Origin: Bacillota bacterium
GTDB taxonomy: Bacteria > Bacillota > DTU025
Direction: 5' to 3'
DNA length: 64,000 nt
NCBI GenBank assembly: GCA_050951805.1
Contig: JBMNJT010000002.1
Location: 1,184,001-1,248,000 of the forward strand
This document shows, in pieces, positions 38,667-47,983 of this stretch; positions within the stretch are counted from its first letter, which is position 1; every line of letters begins with the position of its first letter. The notes under the pieces were generated by a model. The model was given only the letters and a program-made list of their open reading frames with translations. It searched no databases and was not told the origin of the DNA. A program made the position numbers and the translations under genes.

Positions 38667-40145
38667 ATGGAGAAGTTCGATATCTTCCGGCACATTGCGG
38701 AACGCACGGGGGGAGACGTGTACATAGGTGTCGTCGGTCCGGTGAGGACGGGCAAATCTACCTTCATATCGAGGTTCATGGACCTCATCGTTCTGCCGAA
38801 CATGAAGGACGCCTACGAAAAGGAGCGGACCCGCGATGAGCTGCCCCAGAGCGGCGCCGGAAAGACCATCATGACGACTGAGCCCAAGTTCGTCCCGGGC
38901 GAGGCGGTAGAGATCACGCTGGGGGAGAACATCAAAGTGGCTGTCAGAATGGTGGACTGCGTAGGTTACACGGTTCCTGGGGCGCTGGGGTATGAAGAGG
39001 CTGACGCTCCCAGAATGGTACGGACCCCCTGGTACGAAGAGGAGATCCCTTTTCAAAGAGCAGCTGAAATTGGCACGGAGAAGGTGATTCAGGAACACTC
39101 TACTATCGGGTTGGTGGTCATAACAGACGGTTCGATTACTGAGATCGGAAGGGAAGCATACATCGATGCTGAGAGAAGAGTTATAGCGGAACTGAAGGAG
39201 CTGGGAAAGCCGTTTATAGTTGTCTTGAACTCTACGCATCCTGAAGCGGAATCCACACGTACCCTTGGAGAGGCTTTGGCGCGAAGTTACGACGTGCCGG
39301 TCATACCCGTTGATTGTCTCAACATGTCTACGGCCGACATCATGCAGGTGCTCGGCGGCGTGCTGTATGAGTTTCCGATTCGCGAGATCAGTGTAAAGAT
39401 GCCTGAATGGGTGGTGGAGCTGGAGGATTCGCACCCTGTTCGCACGGGATTCGTCTCCATAGTACATGAGGCGGTCAGCGCAATTGATAAAGTGCGAGAT
39501 GTTTCTGAGGCAGTGCGGATTCTCGGAACGGCTAAGAATGCCGAGTCAGCGACGGTGACCCTTCTTGACATGGGCACCGGTAGGGTATGGATCGAAGTTA
39601 CTGCTCCCAAGTCGCTTTTCTACGCTGTGATATCCGAGATGAGCGGACTGGAGGTGGCCGGAGATTCCGATGTCATCAGGATGATGCGCGACTTGACACA
39701 TGCAAAGCGAGAATACGATAAGGTTGCTGTGGCGCTTGAACAGGTCAGAACGACAGGATACGGTATAGTTGCGCCATTTCTGGACGAGATCTACTTTGAA
39801 GAGCCCGACATAATCAGGCAGGGTAATCGGTGCGGGGTCAGGCTCAAGGCGATGGCGCCCTCGATCCATATGATAAGGGCGGACATAAGGACGGAAGTCA
39901 CCCCGCTCATGGGGACTGAAAAACAAAGCGAGGAATTTGCGGAGCAGATAGCTGAAGATTTCGCGGAGAACCCGTCGAAGATATGGGAGACCGAGTTCCT
40001 CGGAAGGTCGATGCAAGACTTGATACGCGAAGGCATCGAGGCCAAACTGGCACACATGCCCATTCACGCTCAGGAGAAACTTCAAGAGACATTACAGAAG
40101 ATCGTTAACGAAGGCAGCGGAGGTCTGATCTGCATAGTACTCTAG
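38667..40145 (+). CDS. spoIVA: Stage IV sporulation protein A
   Basis: IAERTGGDVYIGVVGPVRTGKSTFI, DELPQS, MTTEPKF, C-terminal EGSGGLICIVL. Confidence 0.97.
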   Translation: MEKFDIFRHIAERTGGDVYIGVVGPVRTGKSTFISRFMDLIVLPNMKDAYEKERTRDELPQSGAGKTIMTTEPKFVPGEAVEITLGENIKVAVRMVDCVGYTVPGALGYEEADAPRMVRTPWYEEEIPFQRAAEIGTEKVIQEHSTIGLVVITDGSITEIGREAYIDAERRVIAELKELGKPFIVVLNSTHPEAESTRTLGEALARSYDVPVIPVDCLNMSTADIMQVLGGVLYEFPIREISVKMPEWVVELEDSHPVRTGFVSIVHEAVSAIDKVRDVSEAVRILGTAKNAESATVTLLDMGTGRVWIEVTAPKSLFYAVISEMSGLEVAGDSDVIRMMRDLTHAKREYDKVAVALEQVRTTGYGIVAPFLDEIYFEEPDIIRQGNRCGVRLKAMAPSIHMIRADIRTEVTPLMGTEKQSEEFAEQIAEDFAENPSKIWETEFLGRSMQDLIREGIEAKLAHMPIHAQEKLQETLQKIVNEGSGGLICIVL

Positions 40146-40308
40146 CTGCCAGCTGCTTTAGCTACGTCTGGAGCCGTAGATGGCACGGCGGTGTATCTGA
40201 CCGCATCGCCCGGTCCTGTTTGATATGGCCATTTTCGAAAGCCCTTGAGGCGGAAGTAATAAAGGCTTACGTCGCGGGAAAACATACTGATGGAAGGGGG
40301 CTGAGGAC

Positions 40309-40581
40309 ATGACCAAGTCAGATCTTGTGGATTCGGTTGCCGTCAAGACAGGAATGACAAAGAAGGACACTGCAAGAACAGTAGACGCGATCCTTGAAAC
40401 CATAAAGGAGCAGCTGAAGGCGGGAGAGAAGGTGCAACTCGTCGGCTTCGGCAGCTTCGAGGTGAAGAAGAGAGAGGCAAGGGTAGGAAGGAATCCCAAG
40501 ACCATGGAGGAGATACGAATTCCGGCCAGGAATGTCCCGGTGTTTAGAGCGGGAAAAGAGTTGAAAGAGTCGGTTCTCTAA
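40309..40581 (+). CDS. hup: HU DNA-binding protein
   Basis: MTKSDLVD, VQLVGFGSFEV, GRNPKT, PVFRAGKELKE. Confidence 0.96.
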   Translation: MTKSDLVDSVAVKTGMTKKDTARTVDAILETIKEQLKAGEKVQLVGFGSFEVKKREARVGRNPKTMEEIRIPARNVPVFRAGKELKESVL

Positions 40582-40698
40582 GCAATGCCCCGATGTCGCC
40601 AGAAAGAAAGGGCGGGGCCCGGTCGGTGACTGACTCGGGCTCTGTGGGGTGTGTGCGACCTGCTGTGATCGTGTTTCAAGCGTAGCTTGCAATGACAG

Positions 40699-41469
40699 CT
40701 ACGCTTTTTTCGGTCGTCCATCAGAGAAATCGAGGTCAACATAGGCCGACTTCTTCCGGGCCGCCTGTCCCATGATCAAGCCTACAAGGACGTCCGGAAG
40801 GAACTCCTCCAGAACCATCTTCCCTTCAGCATGAACGAAGAGCGGTTCCCATCTGCGGTATCCGGCGTTTCTGTACTTCGCTTTGATGATGCAGGTGTCA
40901 GAATCCGCAGTGATCACCTCAGCTTGCACGATCAGCCATGTTTCCGGATCGACATAGAGCTTCCAGCGAAGGGGGGAGGCGGTTCCGGGACGGGAAATGG
41001 CCGATATCACCCACCCATCGTTGCTATGCCCATCTTCAAAGCGCGGCGTAACCGATGACTGTCTTGCGGTGCTCGGTCGGGCTAAGACAGAAAGCGTGTA
41101 ATTCTCAGACACGAATTGAGCTGGGTCGATGAATATTATGCCCTTCCTGGGACGAATGGTCACGCCGAGCCATTTGACTGCAAGGTTGTTGGGGCGGGAG
41201 GCTAACACCTGTACATTGGCGGTCAGGACATTTCGTCCGCCCAGATACACTCGGGCAGTTGCAGGGAGCTCGAAGCTGGTCAGGTTCTCTTGAGCACGCA
41301 ACATGTTGTCGAGAACCATCTGTGCCTCGTCAACCCCATTTCCGGCGGCACCTGTGGCGGCCGAGAACCCAACAAGTCCGCACATCACAACAAGCAGTGT
41401 GACCGCGTACGCAGGTAACATGCGATCATACCTGCCTAGAAAGCTCTTGTTCGCACTGAAAAGCTTCAT
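40699..41469 (-). CDS. Exported protein, LolA-like/lipoprotein-sorting fold (tentative)
   Basis: Signal-like hydrophobic stretch; helix then beta strands with ..RPNN.. and KLYVDPETWLIVQAE, typical of LolA-like proteins. Confidence 0.5.
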   Translation of the reverse strand: MKLFSANKSFLGRYDRMLPAYAVTLLVVMCGLVGFSAATGAAGNGVDEAQMVLDNMLRAQENLTSFELPATARVYLGGRNVLTANVQVLASRPNNLAVKWLGVTIRPRKGIIFIDPAQFVSENYTLSVLARPSTARQSSVTPRFEDGHSNDGWVISAISRPGTASPLRWKLYVDPETWLIVQAEVITADSDTCIIKAKYRNAGYRRWEPLFVHAEGKMVLEEFLPDVLVGLIMGQAARKKSAYVDLDFSDGRPKKA

Positions 41470-41488
41470 TTATCGCCACAACCTTAAA

Positions 41489-42610
41489 TCATTGTCTATT
41501 ATGTGCCATGTGGCACCTGACCAAGTGATCATCTTGAGGTTCGGTGCTAGCACCCGAGGCCGTATCTGAGTGAGATCCGCCAAAGGCGCTAGCGGAGCCG
41601 AAAGATAGCGACAGCAATTCTGGTGACGATTTTTTGCAGACCGGGGCGGCCTGTTCGCATCTTGGCCAGAATTGACACGCGTTTGCAATGTGTGCCTGGC
41701 TGCTATCGATCATGCTCTCGGCTTCAATAGATGTAGCGAAAGACGCCTGCGCCGGACTGTGCCCCCGGCCGTTTCGGTTCCGGCGGCGACGCCCCCCAGT
41801 TCCCGGTATTGCCCCAAGTAGCTGACGTGTAAACGGATGGAGCGGCCTTTCGTATAGAGCGTCGGTTGGGGCAAACTCAACGATTTGGCCTCCGTACATT
41901 ACCGCTACCCTGTTGCACATGTGATAGACCACGCGCAGATCGTGGGCGATGAGGAGGTATGATAACCCGTACTCGTTCTGCAAGTCTTCAAGAAGCGAGA
42001 TTATCTGAGCCTGCACCGACACATCAAGGGATGATAGGGGTTCGTCAGCGACTATGAACTCGGGCTGAGTGGCAAGCGCCCTCGCTATTGCAACGCGCTG
42101 GCGTTGGCCGCCGCTGAGTTGATGAGGATAGCGCTCAAGGTAGTCAGGTGAAAGCCCTACCCGGGTCATCAAGGAACGTGCTTCCTCGTAGCGGTGGCGG
42201 GGAGGAACGCCTCTGGCAGCAAGCGCGACATCGATTGTTTGACGCACAGTATATCTCGGGTTGAGAGAGCTGTAAGGGTTTTGGAATATGATCTGGGCGC
42301 GATGTTTCAATTCTGAACGATCGATCGACTTCTGTCCCCAGATAGGGGTATTGCCATAATACACTTGCCCTGATGTTGGCTGGAGAAGCCCCACCATGAC
42401 GCGGCCAAAAGTACTCTTGCCACAGCCTGACTCGCCAACGAGACCTACTGTTTCACCAGGGTATATCTCCATGCTCACGGCGTCCACGGCCATTACTTGT
42501 CTGGCGGAGAGGCCTGTCAGCCTGCGTGAAAGGAGTGATTCAGACATTACAAAATGCTTGGATACACCTACCGCTGAAACCAGGGGCTTGCGACAGGTCT
42601 GCGCAGTCAT
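41489..42610 (-). CDS. Oligopeptide/dipeptide ABC transporter ATP-binding protein (OppF/DppF-like)
   Basis: [37 protein letters not shown]-terminal Cys cluster. Confidence 0.92.
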   Translation of the reverse strand: MTAQTCRKPLVSAVGVSKHFVMSESLLSRRLTGLSARQVMAVDAVSMEIYPGETVGLVGESGCGKSTFGRVMVGLLQPTSGQVYYGNTPIWGQKSIDRSELKHRAQIIFQNPYSSLNPRYTVRQTIDVALAARGVPPRHRYEEARSLMTRVGLSPDYLERYPHQLSGGQRQRVAIARALATQPEFIVADEPLSSLDVSVQAQIISLLEDLQNEYGLSYLLIAHDLRVVYHMCNRVAVMYGGQIVEFAPTDALYERPLHPFTRQLLGAIPGTGGRRRRNRNGRGHSPAQASFATSIEAESMIDSSQAHIANACQFWPRCEQAAPVCKKSSPELLSLSFGSASAFGGSHSDTASGASTEPQDDHLVRCHMAHNRQ

Positions 42611-42749
42611 CAAACCCACCTCCGTGAAAGCATTATAACATCCCTACGCGATGAAAGAAGCCAATGCACAAAAGTCTTTTAAGATAATTCATACAAAGTT
42701 GATCCGCGAGAGCAGCGAATATGTAGTTTGAGCCCAGCTGAGGAGCAAT

Positions 42750-42778
42750 TTGACAACGTGACGGTTTGGTGGTAGCAT
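42750..42778 (+). promoter_or_regulatory. sigmaA promoter upstream of the riboswitch
   Basis: TTGACA, 17-bp spacer, TAGCAT with extended -10 TG. Confidence 0.65.
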
Positions 42779-42828
42779 AGATCAAAGAAGAGTAGATCAT
42801 AGAGGGTATGATCATGCGCCGCCAGGCG

Positions 42829-42965
42829 CAATCGCTGAATCTTCCCAGCAGGGGAGAGCGGGGGACCCATATCATATGGCAGGGGCGAATCCTGCAGGTG
42901 TGCAGGTAGGGCTAATTCCTTCAGCCCGAGCCCGTCAGCTAACCTCGTAAGCGCTAAGAAGGGAC
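42829..42965 (+). ncRNA. Cyclic di-AMP (ydaO/yuaA) riboswitch
   Basis: AATCGCTGAATC...GAGCGGGGGACCCA...GGGGCGAATC...TAGGG...CCCGAGCCCGTCAGCTAACCTCGTAAGCG matches the ydaO consensus. Confidence 0.92.
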
Positions 42966-42973
42966 GCCCATTT

Positions 42974-42999
42974 AACCCAGGGATGTCCCTGGGTTTTTT
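42974..42999 (+). terminator. Riboswitch expression-platform terminator
   Basis: AACCCAGGGA-TG-TCCCTGGGTT followed by a T-run. Confidence 0.85.
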
Positions 43000-43167
43000 G
43001 TCATGTCGCCTGTATGGCGTCGGCCATACTGTGCGGGCTCAGGTTTTAAGTCCGCGCTTAGCAGGCATCCGCAGACTGCCCCCGTTTTTCCCCAAGATAA
43101 TTGCATACGTCATGAAGCATGATGAATCGGTTTTTCCCAAGTAAGCTTGTCTTAGGAGGTTGGTGTC

Positions 43168-44721
43168 ATGAAATCACGGACTATTCTGACAACTCTCATT
43201 ATAGCCATGATTCTGGCTTTTGGCTTTCTGTCTACAACCACGGGTCAAACCAGGAAACAACTGTCTGTAGTAATAGATACGGACTCGACCCGCGCCGATG
43301 AAGCACAGGCGATAGCTCACAATCTGCGGGCCATTGGGGTATCTGCCGATGTGCGGATATGGGAGTGGAATGCGCTCAAGGAAAGGATTCAGGCGGGTGA
43401 ACGACAGATGTACTTGACTGCCTGGGGAAGCGCCTATTTCGATCCTTTCGACATCATAGTGCCCAAATTCTACAGTGGCGACCGGGGCAACTACTCCGGT
43501 TATAGCAATGCTCGTTTCGACGCGGCCCTCGATCGAGCTCTTCGAGCTGTCGATAACGACGCGCGCAGGGAGGCGTATTTCGATGCCCAGCAGATCCTGT
43601 ACGATGATGCTCCGGCCATATTCGGATACTCTCTGATGGAAGTCGAAGCCGCACGGTCGGACGTGCTCAACTGGCAGCCGTCAATGGATTCTCGCGTCAA
43701 CCTGCACGATGTTGGGTTGGCCCGGGGCGATACGATCGTAGTGGGCCTGTACGCCGACAAGATACTGACATTGGATCCCGCTGCCTATCGCGACAGACCC
43801 ACTGAAACGGTTATTCGCAATATGTTCGACGCCCTCGTGACGCGCACATGGGATGGGAAGGTAGTCCCGGAGATTGCAGAAGCGTGGAAAGCGGTCTCGG
43901 ATACAGAGTATCTATTCAGGATTCGCAGGGGCATAAAATTCCATAATGGGGACTTGCTCGATGCCGATGACGTGGTTTTCACGTTTGACCGAGTGCTGAG
44001 GGAAGGCGCCATGGGTGGCCGCACATCGCCGCGCAAAGGCCTGTTGGGTCCGGTCGAAAAAGTGGAGAAGGTAGACCAGTATACGGTCAGGTTTGTTCTG
44101 TCATCGCCATTTCCCGTATTGCCGCAGGCACTGGTCCACTTTCAGATAGTGCCGCGAAAATACGTGGAGCGAGTTGGCGATGAAGCGTTTGCAAGAAAGC
44201 CTGTTGGCTGTGGACCGTTCAAGTATGTAGAGGGGCAATTTGATGACAAGATCGTAATGGAGAGGTTCGACGACTACTACGGCGGATCTCCCTCTATTCC
44301 TCCGGTGGGGCCGGCTCGGGTTAAGCGGGCGATCTTCAGGATGATGCCTGACCCCACTGTGCGTGTGGCTGCTGTGAAGACAGGGGAGGTCCACATCATC
44401 CAGTCGGTTCCGTCGCACATGGCAGCAGCCTTGGTCCGCGACAAGAACATCCAGGTCAAATCGGTTGAGGGAACCCGTGTTTACATGGTAGAGATGAATT
44501 GTAGGCGTCCGCCTTTTGATGATCCAAGGGTTCGCAGGGCCATGAATTACGCAGTGGACTGGGACGCAATTTTGAGGACAGTCTATGCCGGAAACGCCAC
44601 GCGTCTTGCAACCGCCTTCTTGCCGAGCGGGTTTGGTTTCAACCAGAGCATTGTTCCGTACAAGTATGATCCTGCGCGCGCCAAGGCGCTTCTTGCAGAG
44701 GCAGGTTACTCCACCAAATGA
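43168..44721 (+). CDS. Family-5 (peptide/nickel) ABC substrate-binding protein, circularly permuted
   Basis: TLDP, PEIAEAW, GIKFHNG, DDVVFTF, PVGCGPF and PPFDDPRVRRA are in the C-terminal two-thirds, while the normally C-terminal NYSGYSN...RREAY...QQILYDDAP block is at the N-terminus. Confidence 0.9.
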   Translation: MKSRTILTTLIIAMILAFGFLSTTTGQTRKQLSVVIDTDSTRADEAQAIAHNLRAIGVSADVRIWEWNALKERIQAGERQMYLTAWGSAYFDPFDIIVPKFYSGDRGNYSGYSNARFDAALDRALRAVDNDARREAYFDAQQILYDDAPAIFGYSLMEVEAARSDVLNWQPSMDSRVNLHDVGLARGDTIVVGLYADKILTLDPAAYRDRPTETVIRNMFDALVTRTWDGKVVPEIAEAWKAVSDTEYLFRIRRGIKFHNGDLLDADDVVFTFDRVLREGAMGGRTSPRKGLLGPVEKVEKVDQYTVRFVLSSPFPVLPQALVHFQIVPRKYVERVGDEAFARKPVGCGPFKYVEGQFDDKIVMERFDDYYGGSPSIPPVGPARVKRAIFRMMPDPTVRVAAVKTGEVHIIQSVPSHMAAALVRDKNIQVKSVEGTRVYMVEMNCRRPPFDDPRVRRAMNYAVDWDAILRTVYAGNATRLATAFLPSGFGFNQSIVPYKYDPARAKALLAEAGYSTK

Positions 44722-45743
44722 TCCGCCTCAGTCGCACACAGGCCAAGATAGTAGAGAGAATCCTGGCCACCATACCGCTGGCGCTCGGTGTGGCAGTAGC
44801 CGCTTTCATCTTCATGAGGGCCATCCCTGGTGACCCAGTAGACATCATGATGGGGGAGGCAGCGTGGACTTCTGAAGAGGAAATGGCGGCTCTTCGAGGG
44901 GAAATGGGACTGGATGAGCCCATGCACGTGCAGCTTTGGACCTACTTGAAGCAGGTTTTCAAGTGGGACCTGGGGTATTCGATTGTCAGGTCTCGTCCCG
45001 TGGCCGACATTATCCGGGAAGCTCTGCCGGCCACCATAGAACTGGCTGTATTTGCCATGCTGTTCGCATTGGCAGTAGGTATTCCGATTGGAGTTGCGTC
45101 TGCCCTAAATCCGAATTCCTTCATGGATAGGGTCGGAACCTGCTTGTCGCTCGTGGGCGTATCGCTTCCCGCCTTTTGGTTAGGAATAGTCGGTATTCTT
45201 ATATTCTCAATGATATTGGGCTGGCTACCAACATCCGGGCGCATAGCATATGGAGCACAGCCAGCGCACGTTACCGGATTGCTGGTGCTGGATGCGTTGA
45301 TCACCGGAAACCTGCCGGCTCTGGGCAATGCCTTGAAACACATTTGTCTCCCGATGATCACGTTGGGGCTAGGAGTTGCAGCAGTAGTGGCTCGGGTAAC
45401 GCGCTCAAGCATGCTTGACGTGCTCAGTGCCGACTATGTGCAGTTCGCAAGGGCCAAAGGTGTTCCGGAGAGGGACGTGACGTGCCGCCATGCGCTCCGC
45501 AATGCAATGATACCAACTGTGACCCTGGTTGGTTTGCAGTTCGGCTCTCTGCTGGGTGGAAACATGATTGTAGAGACGATCTTCGGATGGCCAGGCTTGG
45601 GCAGGGTAGTCGTGGATGCTATCTTTGCCCGCGATTATCCGGTAGTGCAGGCGTCGGTGATGGTTTATGCTCTCACGTTCGTCCTTATAAACCTTGTTGC
45701 CGACATTATTCACACTGTTTTGGACCCGAAGATAAGTTTGTAG
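44718..45743 (+). CDS. Peptide ABC transporter permease (OppB/DppB-like)
   Basis: IPGDPV, LPATIEL, DYVQFARAKG, HALRNA, VETIFGWPGLG. Confidence 0.93.
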   Translation: MIRLSRTQAKIVERILATIPLALGVAVAAFIFMRAIPGDPVDIMMGEAAWTSEEEMAALRGEMGLDEPMHVQLWTYLKQVFKWDLGYSIVRSRPVADIIREALPATIELAVFAMLFALAVGIPIGVASALNPNSFMDRVGTCLSLVGVSLPAFWLGIVGILIFSMILGWLPTSGRIAYGAQPAHVTGLLVLDALITGNLPALGNALKHICLPMITLGLGVAAVVARVTRSSMLDVLSADYVQFARAKGVPERDVTCRHALRNAMIPTVTLVGLQFGSLLGGNMIVETIFGWPGLGRVVVDAIFARDYPVVQASVMVYALTFVLINLVADIIHTVLDPKISL

Positions 45744-45746
45744 GAG

Positions 45747-46682
45747 ATGGGGAAAATGGGCCACGTTTCTATTCCATCAGATGAACTGTGCAAAGGCGTA
45801 ATATCGACAGCCCGTACCGTCCCGTATGTGCGCGCGTCGCGACGCAGGGGAACGGTGAAGCGCCTGTTGGCTCACGGTGGTGGCAGAACAGGGCTGATAA
45901 TCGTCGCCGCGTTTGTTCTTGTGGCGGTCCTCGCCCCTGTTATCGCTCCGTACGCTCCAGATGAGGTTGACCTCGACTCGTGGCTGATCCCGCCGGGGTT
46001 CGGATCAGGTCACCTCCTCGGCACTGACCAGTTGGGACGGGATATTCTGTCTCGGATTATCTACGGATCAAGAGTTTCCATCCTCGTGGGGCTTACGACC
46101 ATCTTGATATCGTCCGTGGTCGGCATCGGCCTCGGAATGTTGGCCGGTTATTACGGTGGAGCGTTGGACCGCGTTCTCGCGCGCTTCACTGAGTTGCTCC
46201 TTGCATTTCCATACCTGATTTTTGTCATAGCGATCATGTCGGTAATAGGCCCTGGTTTTTGGAATCTCGTGTGGGCTCTCAGCTTCAAAGGATGGGTGGA
46301 GTTTTACCGGTTGGCAAGGGCGCTTACCATGTCAGAGAAGAATAGGGAATACGTCGATGCAGCAAGAGCTCTTGGACGCTCGGATGGAGTCATTCTCGTC
46401 CGGGAGATTCTTCCGAACATCTCCAATTCAATGCTGGTGCTTGGGACGCTCCGCATGGGCAACATGATCATGACGGAATCATCTTTGAGCTTTCTAGGCC
46501 TGGGGATTCCTCCGCGAATACCCGCGTGGGGATCTATGATCGCAGATGGTCGCAGGTACATGCTGGGCGCTTGGTGGGTTGCAACTCTGCCAGGAATAGC
46601 CCTTGCGCTCTTGGTGCTGGGCATGAACTTGTTAGGAGAAGGCCTTCGCGACGTGCTTGATCCGAAGATGATGGAAGGATGA
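45747..46682 (+). CDS. Peptide ABC transporter permease (OppC/DppC-like)
   Basis: HLLGTDQLGRDILSRIIYG, EYVDAARALG, SLSFLGLG, GEGLRDVLDP. Confidence 0.93.
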   Translation: MGKMGHVSIPSDELCKGVISTARTVPYVRASRRRGTVKRLLAHGGGRTGLIIVAAFVLVAVLAPVIAPYAPDEVDLDSWLIPPGFGSGHLLGTDQLGRDILSRIIYGSRVSILVGLTTILISSVVGIGLGMLAGYYGGALDRVLARFTELLLAFPYLIFVIAIMSVIGPGFWNLVWALSFKGWVEFYRLARALTMSEKNREYVDAARALGRSDGVILVREILPNISNSMLVLGTLRMGNMIMTESSLSFLGLGIPPRIPAWGSMIADGRRYMLGAWWVATLPGIALALLVLGMNLLGEGLRDVLDPKMMEG

Positions 46683-46688
46683 TGGAAA

Positions 46689-47765
46689 ATGGCATACCCG
46701 TGCGCCGCAGATAGCACGCTGCTTGAAATCTCTGGATTACAGACAATCTACCCGACTGCGCGCGGGGAGGTTCAGGCCGTGAGGAACGTAAGCTTTTCTG
46801 TCTCTCAAGGCGAAATAGTGGGAGTAGTGGGGGAGTCGGGGTGCGGAAAGAGCGCCCTGCTCCTATCCATCATGGGGCTTCTTCCGTCGCCTGGACGCAT
46901 TGTGGGAGGCAGGGTTATGTTTGGAGGGACTGACCTTGTAGACCTTTCTGAGGCAGAAATGCGAACGATTCGTGGCAAGGAGATCGCCATAATATTTCAG
47001 GATCCGATGACCGCGCTCAATCCTGCCTATCGAGTTGGTGAACAGATAGCAGAATCTTTGCGGGTGCATGGTATGGTTCCAGTATCTGCAGGTGACACCG
47101 GAAGGTTATGCGGAGATGGGGGCGGGTTGGGCCCGAGAATGAGGAAGACACGATCGCGTAAGCTGTCTGCCGCCGAAGAACGTGAGTATGTATTCGAGCT
47201 GATGCAGAGTGTAGGAATACCCATGCCCGAGCAGAGACATCTGGATTATCCTCACCAGTTCAGCGGAGGCATGCAGCAGAGGATAATGATCGCGATCGCC
47301 TTGGCTTGCAAGCCGAAGCTTCTTCTTGCAGACGAACCAACTACTGCACTGGACGTAACCATCCAAGCTCAGGTGCTCGACTTGATAGATGAGATCAACG
47401 AGACCACCGGAACTGCTGTCGTCCTTGTCACGCACGACTTGGCTGTGGCAGCAGATTTCTGCGATTCTATAGCTGTGATGTATGCGGGGCAGATTGTGGA
47501 GCGAGGGCCAACAGAAGCGGTTATGGAGGGATCAGCTCATCCATATACCCGCGGCCTGCTCAGATCCATGCCCGTGCTGGGAGAGAGGAAGCCTCTCAGG
47601 CCCATAATGGGCGAAGTCCCGGATCTTGCAAACCTGGGCCCGGGGTGCAGTTTCGCTCCAAGGTGTGACTTTTCAGAGGATGTGTGTTTTGAGAGGGCTC
47701 CGGATGTGAGCATCGTGGAAAAGGGGCATGAGGTCAGATGCCATCATCACTCGGGCGCGTTGTAG
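46689..47765 (+). CDS. Peptide ABC transporter ATP-binding protein (OppD/DppD-like)
   Basis: [45 protein letters not shown]. Confidence 0.93.
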   Translation: MAYPCAADSTLLEISGLQTIYPTARGEVQAVRNVSFSVSQGEIVGVVGESGCGKSALLLSIMGLLPSPGRIVGGRVMFGGTDLVDLSEAEMRTIRGKEIAIIFQDPMTALNPAYRVGEQIAESLRVHGMVPVSAGDTGRLCGDGGGLGPRMRKTRSRKLSAAEEREYVFELMQSVGIPMPEQRHLDYPHQFSGGMQQRIMIAIALACKPKLLLADEPTTALDVTIQAQVLDLIDEINETTGTAVVLVTHDLAVAADFCDSIAVMYAGQIVERGPTEAVMEGSAHPYTRGLLRSMPVLGERKPLRPIMGEVPDLANLGPGCSFAPRCDFSEDVCFERAPDVSIVEKGHEVRCHHHSGAL

Positions 47766-47983
47766 CCTGGTGCGAATGATCGGTGAGTGCCAGTTATCGG
47801 CAGTCCGGAATGGTCTATGGGGTATGCTCCCGCGAAATGCTCAGAATTGGCGATCTCAAGCCCCATCGTACTCATTCATACAGCCTTTTACCAATGTCTC
47901 TTAAGGTCTTCCGCCGACTCACGCGGCGGCAGGCCACACTTGAATAATTCACGCCCGGTGGGGAGGACACGCAAAATCACTGC

